From contig OX597814.1 in NCBI GenBank assembly GCA_951406725.2, positions 9,672,001-9,736,000 of the forward strand: a DNA stretch of 64,000 nt, in the 5' to 3' direction. Source of the stretch: Octopus vulgaris. Lineage: Eukaryota. Positions 43,375 to 57,745 of the stretch are shown here, piece by piece (the first letter of the stretch is position 1; each line of letters begins with the position of its first letter). The position numbers were made by a program, and so were the translations under genes. The notes under the pieces were generated by a model that ran no database searches, had not been told where the DNA came from, and worked only from the letters and a program-made list of their open reading frames with translations.

Positions 43375-43375
<1 letters not shown>
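43100..43375 (+). mobile_element. Non-coding interspersed repeat ending CTCTCTC(C/A)CTC-(AAT)n; same family as 57211-57745
   Basis: Shared GGAAACATGGGT...CAACATCCTTAAACA-CCCTTATTCAGGG...CCCACCTGCAAGGT. Confidence 0.8.
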
Positions 43376-43445
<70 letters not shown>

Positions 43446-43484
43446 CAATAATAATAATGATCATCCAAGAATTGTATATATATA

Positions 43485-43552
43485 TAATTATGACACATCC
43501 CCTACAGGTGAAGATAATTTTAATAAATCTAGAATTTATGCTGTATGCTATT

Positions 43553-43626
<74 letters not shown>

Positions 43627-43741
43627 CAAATAGCATACAGCATAAATTCTAGATTTATTAAATATATATATCAAATAGCATACAGCATAAATTCTAGATT
43701 TATTAAAATTATCTTCACCTGTAGGGGATGTGTCATAATTA
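43485..43741. repeat. Perfect ~70-bp inverted repeat centred on (TA)n, plus a 40-bp partial tandem copy
   Basis: TAATTATGACACATCCCCTACAGG...ATTTGATAT pairs with ATATCAAAT...CCTGTAGGGGATGTGTCATAATTA. Confidence 0.92.
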
Positions 43742-45506
43742 CGAAATGGTAGAAAAGACCATTTCAACTTTAGACTCAAGAATAAAAAAATTCTCCAAAA
43801 CTAGCACGCAGTTAAGGAAAATGTCAAGCTCATTGTCTGGAGATAAGAGACCAGTCATAGATAATGTTTCTGATACAATAGTGATGGGCGGTATGTCGAT
43901 TGTCTGACCTTGTCTCTATTAGCCAGAAAGGACTTAGTCTTATAAAGTGCAGAAAACGTTTATGGCCAAAGTAATTTGCATAATTTAAATAAAAACCAAA
44001 TCAAGGGGAAATAAGTCAAAGTGGCTAGTGGCATATATTTGAATAACATAGACAAATACAAGTATATCAAGAAATATACAACATAAATCCTCGATGAATA
44101 AACACGCGCTTGCGCACGCATTCATATATTCCGAATAAAAGTTTTGATTTAGGTCTTTCTATTAATGCAATCCGTCACAATTTGAAAAATTATCAGTAAC
44201 TTTTTATGGAACTGATATGGCAACTCACAGACATGATTCAGCTCCTGATTCTGAGATGTGTTGTTTCTTTTCTCTCCAACCACTACCATAACGACCCATC
44301 CCCCTCTGAACTAGTTTCCTTCACGTAGACATTCGTCTTTCCTTTTCTCTTCACCTTTACTTTGTCTCGCACTCTTTTCTCGCACTATCCACCAGAAGAC
44401 GACAATCTTCAAGGATACCTGCGTCCCCAATATTTTCCCTGCAAAGTCAAACTACAGCCGTTTTAATCGAATTCCAGCCATATTTGTCGCACTAGTCCCA
44501 AAAGACATGGATATTTTCCCTTCCACTTGACATTATCACTTCCTTTTAAAACTAAGGTTTTCTAAGTCCTTTAAACACTTTGTTTAACTGTTCTATATTT
44601 AAGAGATGAGGAATTATGTACATTTCAATATAATTGGATCTCCGTCGGTTTCAACGATGAGAATTCAGTTAGTTCATTAGAACTACATGCTCATTAAAGA
44701 AACCTATTTTAAGGGCTTCCTTTCATAGAAGTATTTAATATAATTAATTCTCGGGTAGAATCATTGTGATGCGGTGTATGGCAAGATTAGACCAAAATAA
44801 AATAAAGCTCAACTAAGGGGCTTCCTCACAGACTCCATCTATTCATTTTTAACTCTTAAGGCTTGAATCAACCTGGGACTCTGATGTAAGATACTTGAAC
44901 AAAAATGTTACGCTATAGGATCGAAACCGAAACCTCATTATTGCGGAGCCAACTTGTTTAGCTCTCATCCACACCAGCCTCCTACAGGCAAACATACCCC
45001 TCCCACAACCACACACACATAACGCACATATGCACACACGCTGACATACATTCACACACACACACACGAAACCCAGGAAAAATAGAATGTTTTCCAGAGT
45101 TTACATTGAAAAAAAGGAGAATTATAAACTTCATGATTATAAACTAAAAGGACCGTAAAAGAAAACGAGTACAAAATAAGCGAGTATAAACAAATGGACA
45201 TCAAAAAGCAGGACGGTAACATGCCTTTTATCAGCAATCCTCCCAAACACGTTATGGTTATGAACAGTTTTTTGGCGGGGATTTAGTATGTTTAGCAGTG
45301 TTCGATTGCTGTAGCAGGAGGATATCTCGGACAAATATTGTAGAACAAGAAGAGAAAAACAGATACAACGATAGCAAAGAATACTAATGAGACGAGTGAA
45401 TAGGGCTTCGACTGAAACACACAAAAAAGAAATGTAAATAGAGCTCCGACTTAAACGGGACAAGTATGGCTGCTTTTGTGTGTGTGTGTATATGAATATC
45501 TATCTG

Positions 45507-45596
<90 letters not shown>

Positions 45597-45655
45597 CATC
45601 CATCCATCTATCTGTCTATATTGGCTAAACTGGCAACATGACCATTCCTAAATAT

Positions 45656-45725
<70 letters not shown>

Positions 45726-46029
45726 GTAAGCACATGTCACCTCACAGAAATTTGAATTTGAAATCAAGGAATACGAAAAAGATACAAAGTGTGTACATAC
45801 ATACATACATACATACATACATACATACATACATACATACATACATACATACATACATACATACACACAGACACATATAATGCTTTATAAAGTATGGCAA
45901 AATACTTTAAATTTCTAATTAATGGTTATGATGTATAGTTTTATTTCATCCTTTTTAGGAGTCTTCAGCATGACTTGTAAACTTGCTAATTCTATGTTAC
46001 GCAGAGAGATATTACAATACAATACGATG

Positions 46030-46352
46030 CGTACGTTGGTACTCCATCGGTAATTACGACGAGTGTTCCAGTTGATCGAAGCAACGAAACAACCTGCCTG
46101 TGAAATGAACATGCATGTGGCTGAGCACACCACATGTGTAAATTTAACGTAGCTCTCAGGGAGATTCAGCATGATACAGAATGTGACAAGACTGGTCCTT
46201 TGAAATTGGTATTACTTATTTTAGCCAGCTTTTGGGACTGTAGCAATGTGAAATAAAGTGTTTCGCTCAAGCGTTCATCGTGCCACCAGGAATCGAACTC
46301 ACGACCTTACGATCGTGAGCGGAATACCTTCACTACTAAGCCATTCGCCTTC
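46030..46352 (-). mobile_element. Degenerate tRNA-SINE (C head, D tail)
   Basis: Similar to 32852-33160. Confidence 0.7.
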
Positions 46353-46355
46353 ATT

Positions 46356-46922
<567 letters not shown>

Positions 46923-47512
46923 ATCTATTAATCTATCCGTACATGTGTGTATGCCTGTCTGTCTGCTTGTTTATATGTTTGTGTATGTAAATATGTATAT
47001 ATAGTTAATAATTCGCCTAACTTCATCGCTATTCAGAGTTTATTCAGAGTTTGTTGCTATGTCCCATCCTTTTGTTTGTCGGTAGCTTGAAACGACCTTA
47101 CACACAACGAAAATACTTGGAGTAGTGACAGAGTTAATCAGCAGTTTCTAACATAGGAATAAATTTTACTAAATCTCACTGCTTACTCTTTCTCCCATGT
47201 ATTCGTACATTCAAACATGAGTGTGCGTATGTTTTTGTGCGCACGCTCGCACTGATATACACAACCCACTTTATAATCTCTCACAACATTTGCGAATATA
47301 AAGTGACAACCACCAATCAAATCGTTTTGTTTCACCAATGAGCTCATTCTGCCATACTGTACAATTCATTTGCAACTTACCCATAAATTCATAGTTATGG
47401 GAGATGGGGAGGGGACAGATGTAGGATCCTAATACCACATACACATCGACACAGCGCTATATATATATATGTGTGTGAATGTATGTGTGCGTACGTATGT
47501 GTTTGTGTGGGT

Positions 47513-47559
<47 letters not shown>

Positions 47560-47758
47560 GTATTATTATTCATTCAGAACTTTAATCAAACTGCAATTAG
47601 AATTTCTGGAGATGTACAATATCGACAAGTGAACTTTAGCCATCTAATCTTTAGTACAGAGCAACATGTATCAACCAGATAGCCTGTTAAAATCCTGACT
47701 ACTTCAGAAAACGCCGGCATAAATTCAAATTATCCTACACATGCGTACACACACAGAA

Positions 47759-47789
<31 letters not shown>

Positions 47790-47795
47790 CACGAT

Positions 47796-47842
<47 letters not shown>

Positions 47843-48746
47843 TACACACACAAAAGTAAACGTATATATAGACATACAGACATCGCCACACATACACACA
47901 CCTATATGATGCAAATACATACACGATGCACACACAGCATATTTACTGTATACGCCTGTCTGTGTGTTTGCGAGGTTATGTGCGAATGAATATATTTGTA
48001 TTATACATACGCATACACACATGTATACGCATTACACACACATACACACATATGTATTCATGTGTATATATATGTTTATTTGTAGGTGTATAAATGTGTA
48101 TACATACACATACGTGCACATAAAAGTATGACAAGCATTAATATTTATATACTTTTATACTCATAAATGGATAGATAGAAATGCATACATAGATGTATAT
48201 ACTCTTATATACATACATACATACATACAATCATACATACATACATACATACATACATACATACATACATACATACATACATACATACATACATACATAC
48301 ATACATAAATACATACATACACACTAATTCAGACATTTCATATAAATTTTAATTTATATGCGGTTGGGTTTTGATTACTTTAAAGGTTTCTCCCCACCCG
48401 TTTCAATTTTAAAATTTTCGTATATACATATGTGTTGTGGGCGCACGCATTATATATAATATATATATATATATATATTTCATGTTTGTGTTTGTGTGCG
48501 CATATATATGTACCTGTACTGTATTGTATGTATGTATGTATATGTGTGTCTCTGTGCGTGAGTATGAGAACGCTGTTCGAGGGCACATACGTATGTGGTA
48601 TGCTGCAATTACTCTTCAGTTTTATCACCCGTAGTTGAAGTTGCAGATACGACGTAAAAGAGGTCAAGGGTCAGAGTTTAGCGACACGTGTTGGCGAAAG
48701 AGATAGAGAAGGAAAAGGAGAAAGATAACATGTGAAATACAAAGAG

Positions 48747-48794
<48 letters not shown>

Positions 48795-49497
48795 GAAGAA
48801 AAAAGAAAGAGACAAAAAGATGGGGAGAGAAGAAAAATAAAGCGGATAAAGTCCTTTTTCCTTCAAAAACTTTGACTCGAAACCTCGATTCTAAATACGA
48901 TGAGAGATGAAGATAGTCGCCTTAGCATATTCAACTTGGAGGGCCATTCGAAATAAATCTCGTCTTATCTCGTCTTCTTCGAGGATTGCGTCGAAAAGAC
49001 GATGGCGCTGATGGCAACCGAAAGAAGAAGGGATAACGAGAGAGTGATATATGTAAATGGTTGCGTGTATGTATGTATGTATGTATGTATGTATGTATGT
49101 ATGTATGTATGTATGTATGTATGCATGTATGTATGTATGTATGTATGTATGCATGAGTGTGTGTATGTATGTATGTATGTATGTATGTATGCATGCATGC
49201 ATGCATGTATGTATGTATGTATGTATGTATGTATGTATGTATGTATGTATGTATGTATGTATGTATGCATGTATGTATGTATGAGTGTGTATGTATGCAC
49301 GTATGTGTGTGTGAATGTATGTATGTACGTATATATGTATGTATAAATAAATATATATATATGTACATACATACAGCCATACATGTATATATATATATGC
49401 TTACATATATATATCTCTATCATCTCTCTCTTTTTCTCTCTCTCTTTCTCACTCTATATATGTGTGTACGTGTGTGCGCGCGTATGTGTGTGCGTGT

Positions 49498-49552
<55 letters not shown>

Positions 49553-49684
49553 GATATGTATATGTATGTATACATGTGTGTGGTACTTTGAGCACAGCAC
49601 TACATTCGGAAAACGGAGACAGAGAGACACAGAGAGAAAAAGAGAGAACGAGAGGGGGAGAGAGAGGAGGAGAAAGAGAGAGAA

Positions 49685-49715
<31 letters not shown>

Positions 49716-50100
49716 AAGGGAGACAGAGAGGGAGGAGTGGGGATAGGAAAATGGGGTGAAAGAAAAAGAGAGAGGAAGGGAATGATTGGAAGTGCCAACA
49801 CAAACAAGCTAATTAAGACGAACATCAAGAATTATATCATTATTTATTCATTTGACAACAGTAGTTTCACGGAAAACACGGCCATTTTATTTTCTGATTT
49901 ACTTTTTTAGTTTTTTTTATTATGCTTTGCCTTTATCATATGCAACTTATTTGTTTTCCTTTTGAAGGGTTTGTTTTTGTTTTTGAATGATTTTTGCTTT
50001 TCTGAGTATTAGTATTTTTGTTGTTTTTTTTTGTTTTAATCTCAGAGTTAAATTCCACACCAGTTTGTATTTATCATTATATGGCGGCGAAAGCCGACAA

Positions 50101-50492
50101 AAAGCAATGAGTTGGTGGAATCGTTGTCACGGCGGACAGAATACTTAGCGGTATTGTCGACCTCGGCGGAATTTGAACTCACAATTTGAACGTTGTGAGT
50201 TCAAATTCCGCCGAGGTCGACTTTGCCTTTCATCCTTTCGGGGTCGATAAATTAAGTACCAGTTAAGCACTGGGGTCGATATAATCGACTTAATACCTAT
50301 GTCTGTCCATGTTTGTCTCCTCTATGTTTAGCCCCTTGTGGGTAATAAAGAAATAGGTATTTCTTTCGGCTTCACGTTTTGAAGTTCGGCCCTGCCTTTC
50401 GTCCTTTCGGGACCGATGAAATAAGTACCAGTTGCAAAACTGACAAGCCATAACCTATAACATTTCAGCCCTTGTACCTACAGTAGAAAGGT
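50101..50492 (+). mobile_element. Older family-A-related SINE with a nested, 5'-rearranged young family-A copy (50156-50355)
   Basis: GGTATT at both junctions (50150, 50356). 29-bp inverted duplication at the 5' junction. Confidence 0.8.
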
Positions 50493-53144
50493 TTTTTTTT
50501 ACAATTATCTTTATGTCGAACCTTAAATTTGTTTCAATAAAGACAAATAAATAGAATTTAATTTTGAAATGTAATTTTCGGAAGACGAACAATAAATAAA
50601 TAATGACAACTTAGTAAAAGATATAATGGTTAGTAGTAAAGTTATTACTAAGTATTGTATACTATAGAGGTTGACAATTCATATTCGTCTTTTTTATTAC
50701 TTGTAGTTCCATAGATATTTTCACTGACATATAATATTTATAGAATAAGGTGTGGTTTTAAAAATGTTTAAACTGGAGTTTTTAACGACCGCTTAAATTT
50801 GAAAACAAACTCTCTTTGCTTGTATTGCTCGTTGTGTCTCAGAGTAACCATATTTACATATAAGATAATTTAAATTAGTCAGAGCTCATTGCCTGAATGG
50901 GATTTCTTTTAGCATTTTAGAGAAAACAAAAATTGGTGCTTAGATGAGAGGTTCGTAGCATAGTAAGGAGGTTTCTTGTTTTCTTTTGTAATGTTGAAAA
51001 TGACAATTCAGAAGCAGAAAATTGTTGGAGACTTTAGTTTCGTCTTTCGTAATTTGAGAGTCCAGCAATTTTGATCCAACCGATGTAAATAACAGCAGCA
51101 ATAATACGTAGGGTAATTTCAATCAATTATAATAGTTTAAAAAAATATTTGTACCACTGTTTATTAAAATGTTATCAATAATGAGGGTAGCTATATCAAA
51201 CTCCATTCTTCATCAAGTGCCACATATTAGAGGAGGCTCCTAGTAACAACAGTGTAGCGCAAAACGGCGGTGCATCAGCATGGCCGCAGCTCTGAGCTGA
51301 AACTTTAAAGAAAAAAAAATTATAATCGTTTTAGTTTGTCTGAATCTACAGTTTTCACAAAGGATTTTTTCACTTACCGAATCTGGAGGTTAAGACAGTA
51401 CCCATGGCGTTTCTGTGCAAGCGAAACCGCTGAAATCGCTGCTGTCAATGTCCTGTTTAAACTTGCAAATCGATACTTGCAAGAAAGACATGAACTGGGA
51501 AGAAATTCCAGAAGGACGATGTTCTGGGAAGGAAGTATTATATGTAGCAGGGTCAGTGCCAGAACTGGAGTGGATAGACACAACAAGAATAGTTAAAGCG
51601 GGTTGAAAGTGTTTGAGTGGAGGAATCACAAGATCGGGTGTCTTTGAAGAACAGACGCTATCATAGCAGTGATAGAAATGGCAAAGAGAGGAGAAAGTAC
51701 ACATGTGGACCAGCAACTAGAGAGTGTTGGTAAGTGATTTTATACCAATCAATCGTGTGGTCTTTCTCTGGATACAGTCTGACATATCCTTAATGTCTGT
51801 CTTTAAGTAAATACTGAATATAGGTAAAACAGTATCGCATGAGTTTAATATTTAATCTGGGTACACTATTTTCTGGGTGTAATATCCAAACTGAGTACAA
51901 TAATGTTGTCGGTGTACAATACTGGATCTAAGTACATCAAGACTAGTTTAGCTTGTAATAGAAGTATTCACACCATTTTGTGCTACGTGTATTTTTGGGT
52001 GATCTTCATAAATAATCATCGCTATCCTGTAAGATTGGTTGATCGCTAGCTTTTTAGTTGTTGGAGTTAGGTTGCTCTAATGACAGCATCCTTTTCTTTC
52101 GGCATTCAGGTTTCTTTCTCTGTTAGTTAACTGTTATTGCTCAGTAACATATTAACAATAATACATAATACGTCAGAAGCTCTCTACAACATTCGTTATG
52201 GGTCCACCTGCAGTGTGTATCCACTGGTGTATATAATATAAAGGAAAACGCCATTGCTTTAATGTTTTCACGTAATGTACATTTACTCCACTTTCTTCTC
52301 GTGTGAAATGTTTCGAATTTGTCACAATAAATTACCGAACTTGCCTCCCAGTGGTTGATTTAGAATTGCATGGATTTATCTGACAATTAATCTTTTGAAT
52401 TCCTTAATATTTTTTTACTTGCATCTTTTGTATTTCTATCAACATTACGTTTTGACCAGTTTACTCTCTGATTGTCTTAAGGTATCACATTAGTAAATAT
52501 ACACATATTTGCGTTAAGAGATCGAAGCATTATACCAAAAAGAGGACAGTTGCGTAAGAGCTGAAGAATAGTTAGTAATTTAATCAATGATAGATTATTG
52601 TCGTATACGAGAGATACATTTGCATTTACGTGTACCAAATGCTAAAACTATTTGTTGGAACTGGCTGTCTTTGAAGTGAATGCAATAGATCGATAATTTA
52701 ATTCGTCAAAGTGGTTACCGTTCTTGACGATGTAAAACCACAATCACTTTAATTCCTGGCATTCGATCCCAATAAAACAGGATTCGTGAAGACAATCATG
52801 TTTCGTCAGAGTGGTAGAGTTTGAAAGAATGGATGATTCAGAACATTAATATGAAGCAAATCAAAGCATGCTTCAACTACCATGTGGGCAGCATATGCAT
52901 AAATTTCGTGTGACTTTCTTACAAAATCCAGGGCTGAGCTAAAATTATATACCTTCGACGAAAGGTTCTGCTCCAAACGTAAGAGCCCTCCAGTTTATCT
53001 CATGGTAAAATGGTTCAGTCCGCTTTCACGGTTTTGCCTTTTCCGTAAAAGTGCGTCAATACAAAATATTTAGTTGACTGAAATAGAATAAGGAAAGAAA
53101 AGAAATAGCAGATGCAAACAAACCATGAATGAAACCACGCCTCA

Positions 53145-53216
<72 letters not shown>

Positions 53217-53220
<4 letters not shown>

Positions 53221-53843
53221 CTGGTGGGAACACAAACCACCCCCAGTGCTTGAAAATGACCACATCTCACTCCTCTGGAACTTCACCATTCAAACTGACA
53301 GGAAGATAGATGCAAATAGGCCAGACATCATATTGAAAGACTTCAAACAAAGAACATGCCTCCTCATTGATATGACTGTCCCAATCGATATAAACGTATC
53401 TGTCAAGACCTACCAAAAACTGAGCAAATATAAAGATCTTGAAATAGAAATCAGCAAAATGTGGAAGCTGAAGACTAAAACAATACCTGTTGTCATAGGT
53501 GCCCTGGGAATGATAGCAAAAGGGGCTGATAGCTACCTAACTCAGATACCAGGAAACCCAAAAATGGCAGAAGTTCAAAAGATAGTGCTCATGGGAACTG
53601 CTCATATCCTACGCAAAATACTCTCTATGTAATCTCAAGGTTTAAAACAAACATAATTTTCGGTTTAAAAAAAAAAACAAAAAACTTTTTTTTTAGACAT
53701 TCATTAGTACAACATCCCCACCCCCCAAATATATGGCACACTAGGCATAACAACAACATGAACTTCCAACCCTGTTGTCTCTTGAGGTCTCTGTGTGAGA
53801 CTTGGAGCCAACTTGTACAAATATAAAGCAAAAGTCAAACATA

Positions 53844-53844
<1 letters not shown>
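53217..53844 (+). mobile_element. R4/Dong-clade non-LTR retrotransposon 3' fragment (restriction-like endonuclease domain), in (TAA)n
   Basis: Open frame LLWNFTIQTDRKIDANRPDII...IDMTVP...KLSKYKDL...PVVIGALG...QKIVLMGTAHILRKIL* carries the RLE RPD..D..KxxKY motif. (TAA)n on both sides. Confidence 0.9.
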
Positions 53845-53893
<49 letters not shown>

Positions 53894-53896
<3 letters not shown>

Positions 53897-54149
53897 CTAA
53901 AAGCAGAAACAATTCCTATCATAGTATGTGCATGATAAAAAATATTCAGACAAATACATAACAAAAACACCAGGACTTAAAAACACATATAACATACAGA
54001 AAATTGCACTACTAGGCACTGTACACACCCTAGCAGAACACTTTCCATATAATAACCATCAGAGCATCACAACAAATCACAGCACATACCTAAGGCACAC
54101 AGAGCTGCGCTCGGTAGTGAAGTGAAAGCACGCTATAAAAATAAAACTA

Positions 54150-54152
<3 letters not shown>
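53894..54152 (+). mobile_element. Dong/R4-like 3' fragment 2
   Basis: NLKAETIPIIV...QKIALLGTVHTL; flanked by (TAA)n. Confidence 0.8.
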
Positions 54153-54185
<33 letters not shown>

Positions 54186-54197
54186 TATAATAATAAT

Positions 54198-54310
<113 letters not shown>

Positions 54311-54351
54311 TAATAATAATAATAATAGATATATAGGTAGATAGATAGATG

Positions 54352-54399
<48 letters not shown>

Positions 54400-54401
<2 letters not shown>

Positions 54402-54551
54402 GGAAATTGACATAAATCCCAGTATAGTACAGCTCCAGGAAACAGTGTTATTAGGGACATCTAGGATACTTAGGAGAGTTCTTGGCATCTAAGTTTAGTC
54501 CGATGTTAGGATGTTTTCTTTTTCAACAGTCTAATCTGTTGTGTGCATGTG
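54400..54551 (+). mobile_element. Dong/R4-like 3' fragment 3
   Basis: EEIDINPSIVQLQETVLLGTSRILRRVLGI*, followed by TAA repeats. Confidence 0.75.
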
Positions 54552-54577
54552 AATAGTAATAGTAATAATAATAATAA

Positions 54578-54707
<130 letters not shown>

Positions 54708-54721
54708 GATAATAATAATAA

Positions 54722-55575
54722 TTGAAGGCTTTATCTTGGCTACCCAAGATCAGAGCTTATTGACCCGGAACTATGAAGCCAAGGTGATGAAAATGGCGTA
54801 GACCCAAAGTGCTGTTACTGCAACGATGATATAGAAACAGTGGACCACCTAATCTCTGGGTGCAAGGTTTTAGTACCTGCAGAGTACAAATCAAGACATG
54901 ACAGAGTTGACCAGTATCTACACGGGATAATGTGCCGGGATTAAATGGTATAAGCACCACCCTGAGGCTGTAACTAAAGGAGAAAATGTAACTATTCTTT
55001 GGGACTTTCCATTATGTACAGATCGGACCATCAAAGCAAATAAACCAGATAAGATCCAAACAATAAAGTCTATTTATTGATTCACATGAGCATACCCTAT
55101 GACCATAATATCTCGGCCGGCAAAAGAATTTGATAAGTTCAGAAAATATAAAGATTTGCTCACCGAAAAGGAAAAGATATGGAATCTCAAGACAGTTACA
55201 ATACCTGTGATTGTAGGAGCACTTGGAATGATAAAAAAAGAAACTGAAAATCATTTAAGAATGATCCCTGGCTTACCATCCATACATGAAGTGCAAAAAG
55301 ATTGTCTTAGCAGGTACGTCACACGTATTGAGATGAGAGAGCATTGTCGCTGTGAATATTCTTACCTTTCTCCTTTTATTTTCTTTGTTTACTTTTTTAA
55401 TTTAAATTTTTTGTTTGTTTCTGTCTTCCCCTTTTTCTCTATCACATGATTTTTTGTAAATGGACAATTTGATATGTTTATTTTAATGGCCTACCAATGT
55501 ATACAGTGCGTTTCTTTGTCCTAGGTGCCAGGAAGACACTCGGCAAGAAATGGTAACAGAATTGAAAGATGATAA
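54722..55575 (+). mobile_element. Dong/R4-like 3' fragment 4 (CCHC + RLE relic)
   Basis: EGFILATQDQSLLTRNY, ETVDHLISGC, RHD, KYKDL, PVIVGALG; frameshifted. Confidence 0.85.
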
Positions 55576-55631
55576 TGAAAATAATAACAACAACAACAAC
55601 AACAACAACAATAATAATAATAATAATAATA

Positions 55632-55862
55632 AGAAGAAGAATGAAACCTTTGGTGATTTGTTATGCACCACATATACTATGTAGTTGACGTTACATGCCC
55701 CTTTGATCCACGAATAGTCAAGAAAGAAGACAAAACATAGATAGATACAACTCTCTTACGTACGAAAAAAGTCCAGCTATGGAACATGAAGAAAGTGAAG
55801 ATAGTGTTAATTATTGTTTGGTCCTTGGGAACAGTATCAGAAGGCATCAAGAAGAATATAAA
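55632..55862 (+). mobile_element. Dong/R4-like RLE fragment 5
   Basis: VDVTCPFDPRI...LWNMKKVKIVLIIVWSLGTVSEG. Confidence 0.7.
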
Positions 55863-56538
55863 GGTGCCGAGCTGCAGGTCCACCAATTTCTCTTGGTTAT
55901 TCTTTGCTCCAGCCAACACTTCGAATTCCTTTAAGGTAGGGCTGATCACCTCGATATCCGAAATGTCCGACACCATAACAATGACTTTGTCCGCTTTAAC
56001 TGAAACGAATGTTCTGTATTCTAGTTCACGTAGGATGCCCCTCGAAACATCCAGCTTCTGTAGCAATGGCTGGTGATAGGAGGCCATATAATTTGACCAC
56101 TGTACATTGTAGAGATACAGTCCCGTTTTCAGTTGTCGTAGATATATTTGTTTGGGAGTGCGCATGACTATGTGTCACCGACGAACACCGACCTCTTGGC
56201 CAAAATCCTGTAATCTGTGTTTAGCAGTGTTACAAGCCTAAAATTATCTATTTCGCCCCTTTGTTCGGGTTCTTCCCCAGTAGCACCACCACGCAAGAGC
56301 TCACAACACTGGGAATTCTACGATTCTATTGCCAGCTGCTGTAGACAATAGCGAAGAGATCACCAAACGCGCCTGGCACATGAAAATAAAGATTAAAGAT
56401 CTTAAAGAGCAGTTATCAGCATTTCGCAGAACCCTGTATCTGTGCCCTAAAGACGCGGCATGCTGTCAAGATAAGAGGTGAAATCCACCACCGTTTCCAA
56501 CCCACCACACGCTCTGTACAGTTCGGCAAAGTTTCACT
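55862..56538 (-). pseudogene. Decayed Tx1-clade ORF2 (RT) fragment
   Basis: EIDNFRLVTLLNTDYRILAK and LAGAKNNQEKLVDLQLGT align with the intact ORF2 (EIGNFRPITLLNTELKILAK; VAGAKVNKDKSVGLQLGT). Confidence 0.8.
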
Positions 56539-57170
56539 GAAGACAGAGTTAAAACCAAAGAAATTAAAAAACTGAGAAATATCAGGATGTAGCCAGCGAG
56601 CTGAAGAGACTGTAGGAGACTGAGACAACAATTATATTCCGGTGGTGATTGGTGCTCTTGGCATCGCAAAAAAGCTACCTAAACGACTGAAAGATATTGG
56701 AGTTGATACTCGCGTTGTTGATTTGCAGAAAAGTACCATCCTATATTCTGCGAGAAGCCAAGGAAGAAATTTCGAGATTTGAGGTAACTTGTTGTCATCA
56801 AGCCTCACGATAATCTTCCTGATAATTAAACTGACATGTAGTAACACGAATAGTCAAAAGGGAAGGCGAAGAAGTAGATAAATACAACCCTCTTAAGTAC
56901 GAAATTGCTCGGGTATGGAAAATGAAGAATGCGCCAATTATTGTTGGGTCCTTGGGAACAGTATCAGAAGGCACTAAAAGAAATATAAAAGAAATAGGAA
57001 TAGAGTACCCAGTAGAACTGTTACCAGAGGTTTGCCTTCTTGGCACGGCCAGAATCATCAATAACCAGTAAAGTATTAGTTGAAAAGAACAGGTATCGTA
57101 GCCTGCAGGCAGCAAGCCCGCTACGCATGCAAATCCCCAGGAGCGCCAACAAAAACTGAGATAAAAAGAA
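56539..57170 (+). mobile_element. Two further Dong/R4-like RLE 3' fragments (56539-56830, 56835-57170)
   Basis: PVVIGALG...DLQKSTILYSAR and PIIVGSLGTVSEG...EVCLLGTARII; ends in (TAA)n. Confidence 0.75.
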
Positions 57171-57171
57171 A

Positions 57172-57210
<39 letters not shown>

Positions 57211-57745
57211 GTGGCTCTCATGGCTTCTGATCTTAACTGATTGGAAGTGTTATCATGTACATTGTTTTGTCTTGGTATAAAAGATGGGCTACAGCAAATA
57301 TTCTGCTCAATACCACAGATTTGCTTGTCAGTTGTTTGACCTTAACCAGTTGAGAATGTCCCTTAGTGGCTGACGATATGTGCATCTCTGATCACGAGCA
57401 GAAGTAGTGAGGGAGCATCATAGCCATGTGTTGAGAGGGATTCTTTGGGGTTTGAATAATTCACCTCTGGAAACATGGGTGGTTCGTTCAACATCCTTAA
57501 ACAACCCTTATTCAGGGACCTTTTGAGCGGGATGGGCTACTCAACCTGAAGAAATTTCTAACTGGGCCCCACCTGCAAGGTCATGTGCTGTTTATCTTGA
57601 TATGAGATCACCATGTCGCGCACATATGGTTGTGATGCATGTGCCTGGTGTACCTTTATCAGACGGGTAGTCATGATGGGTATATTGGGCTTCGTATATT
57701 TTACCCCAGTGTCACTTTGATGGCATGAACTGCTCTCTCACTCAA
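57211..57745 (+). mobile_element. Non-coding (TAA)n-flanked interspersed repeat (family shared with 43100-43375)
   Basis: (TAA)n on both sides; no recognisable ORF. Confidence 0.8.

Noticed and set aside
51336-51735. Segment with splice-like signals on both strands and short ORFs
   Set aside because: No frame stays open between the + strand acceptor and donor. Faint resemblance to decayed CR1-like RT (RYLQER, AGSVP) is too weak to annotate.
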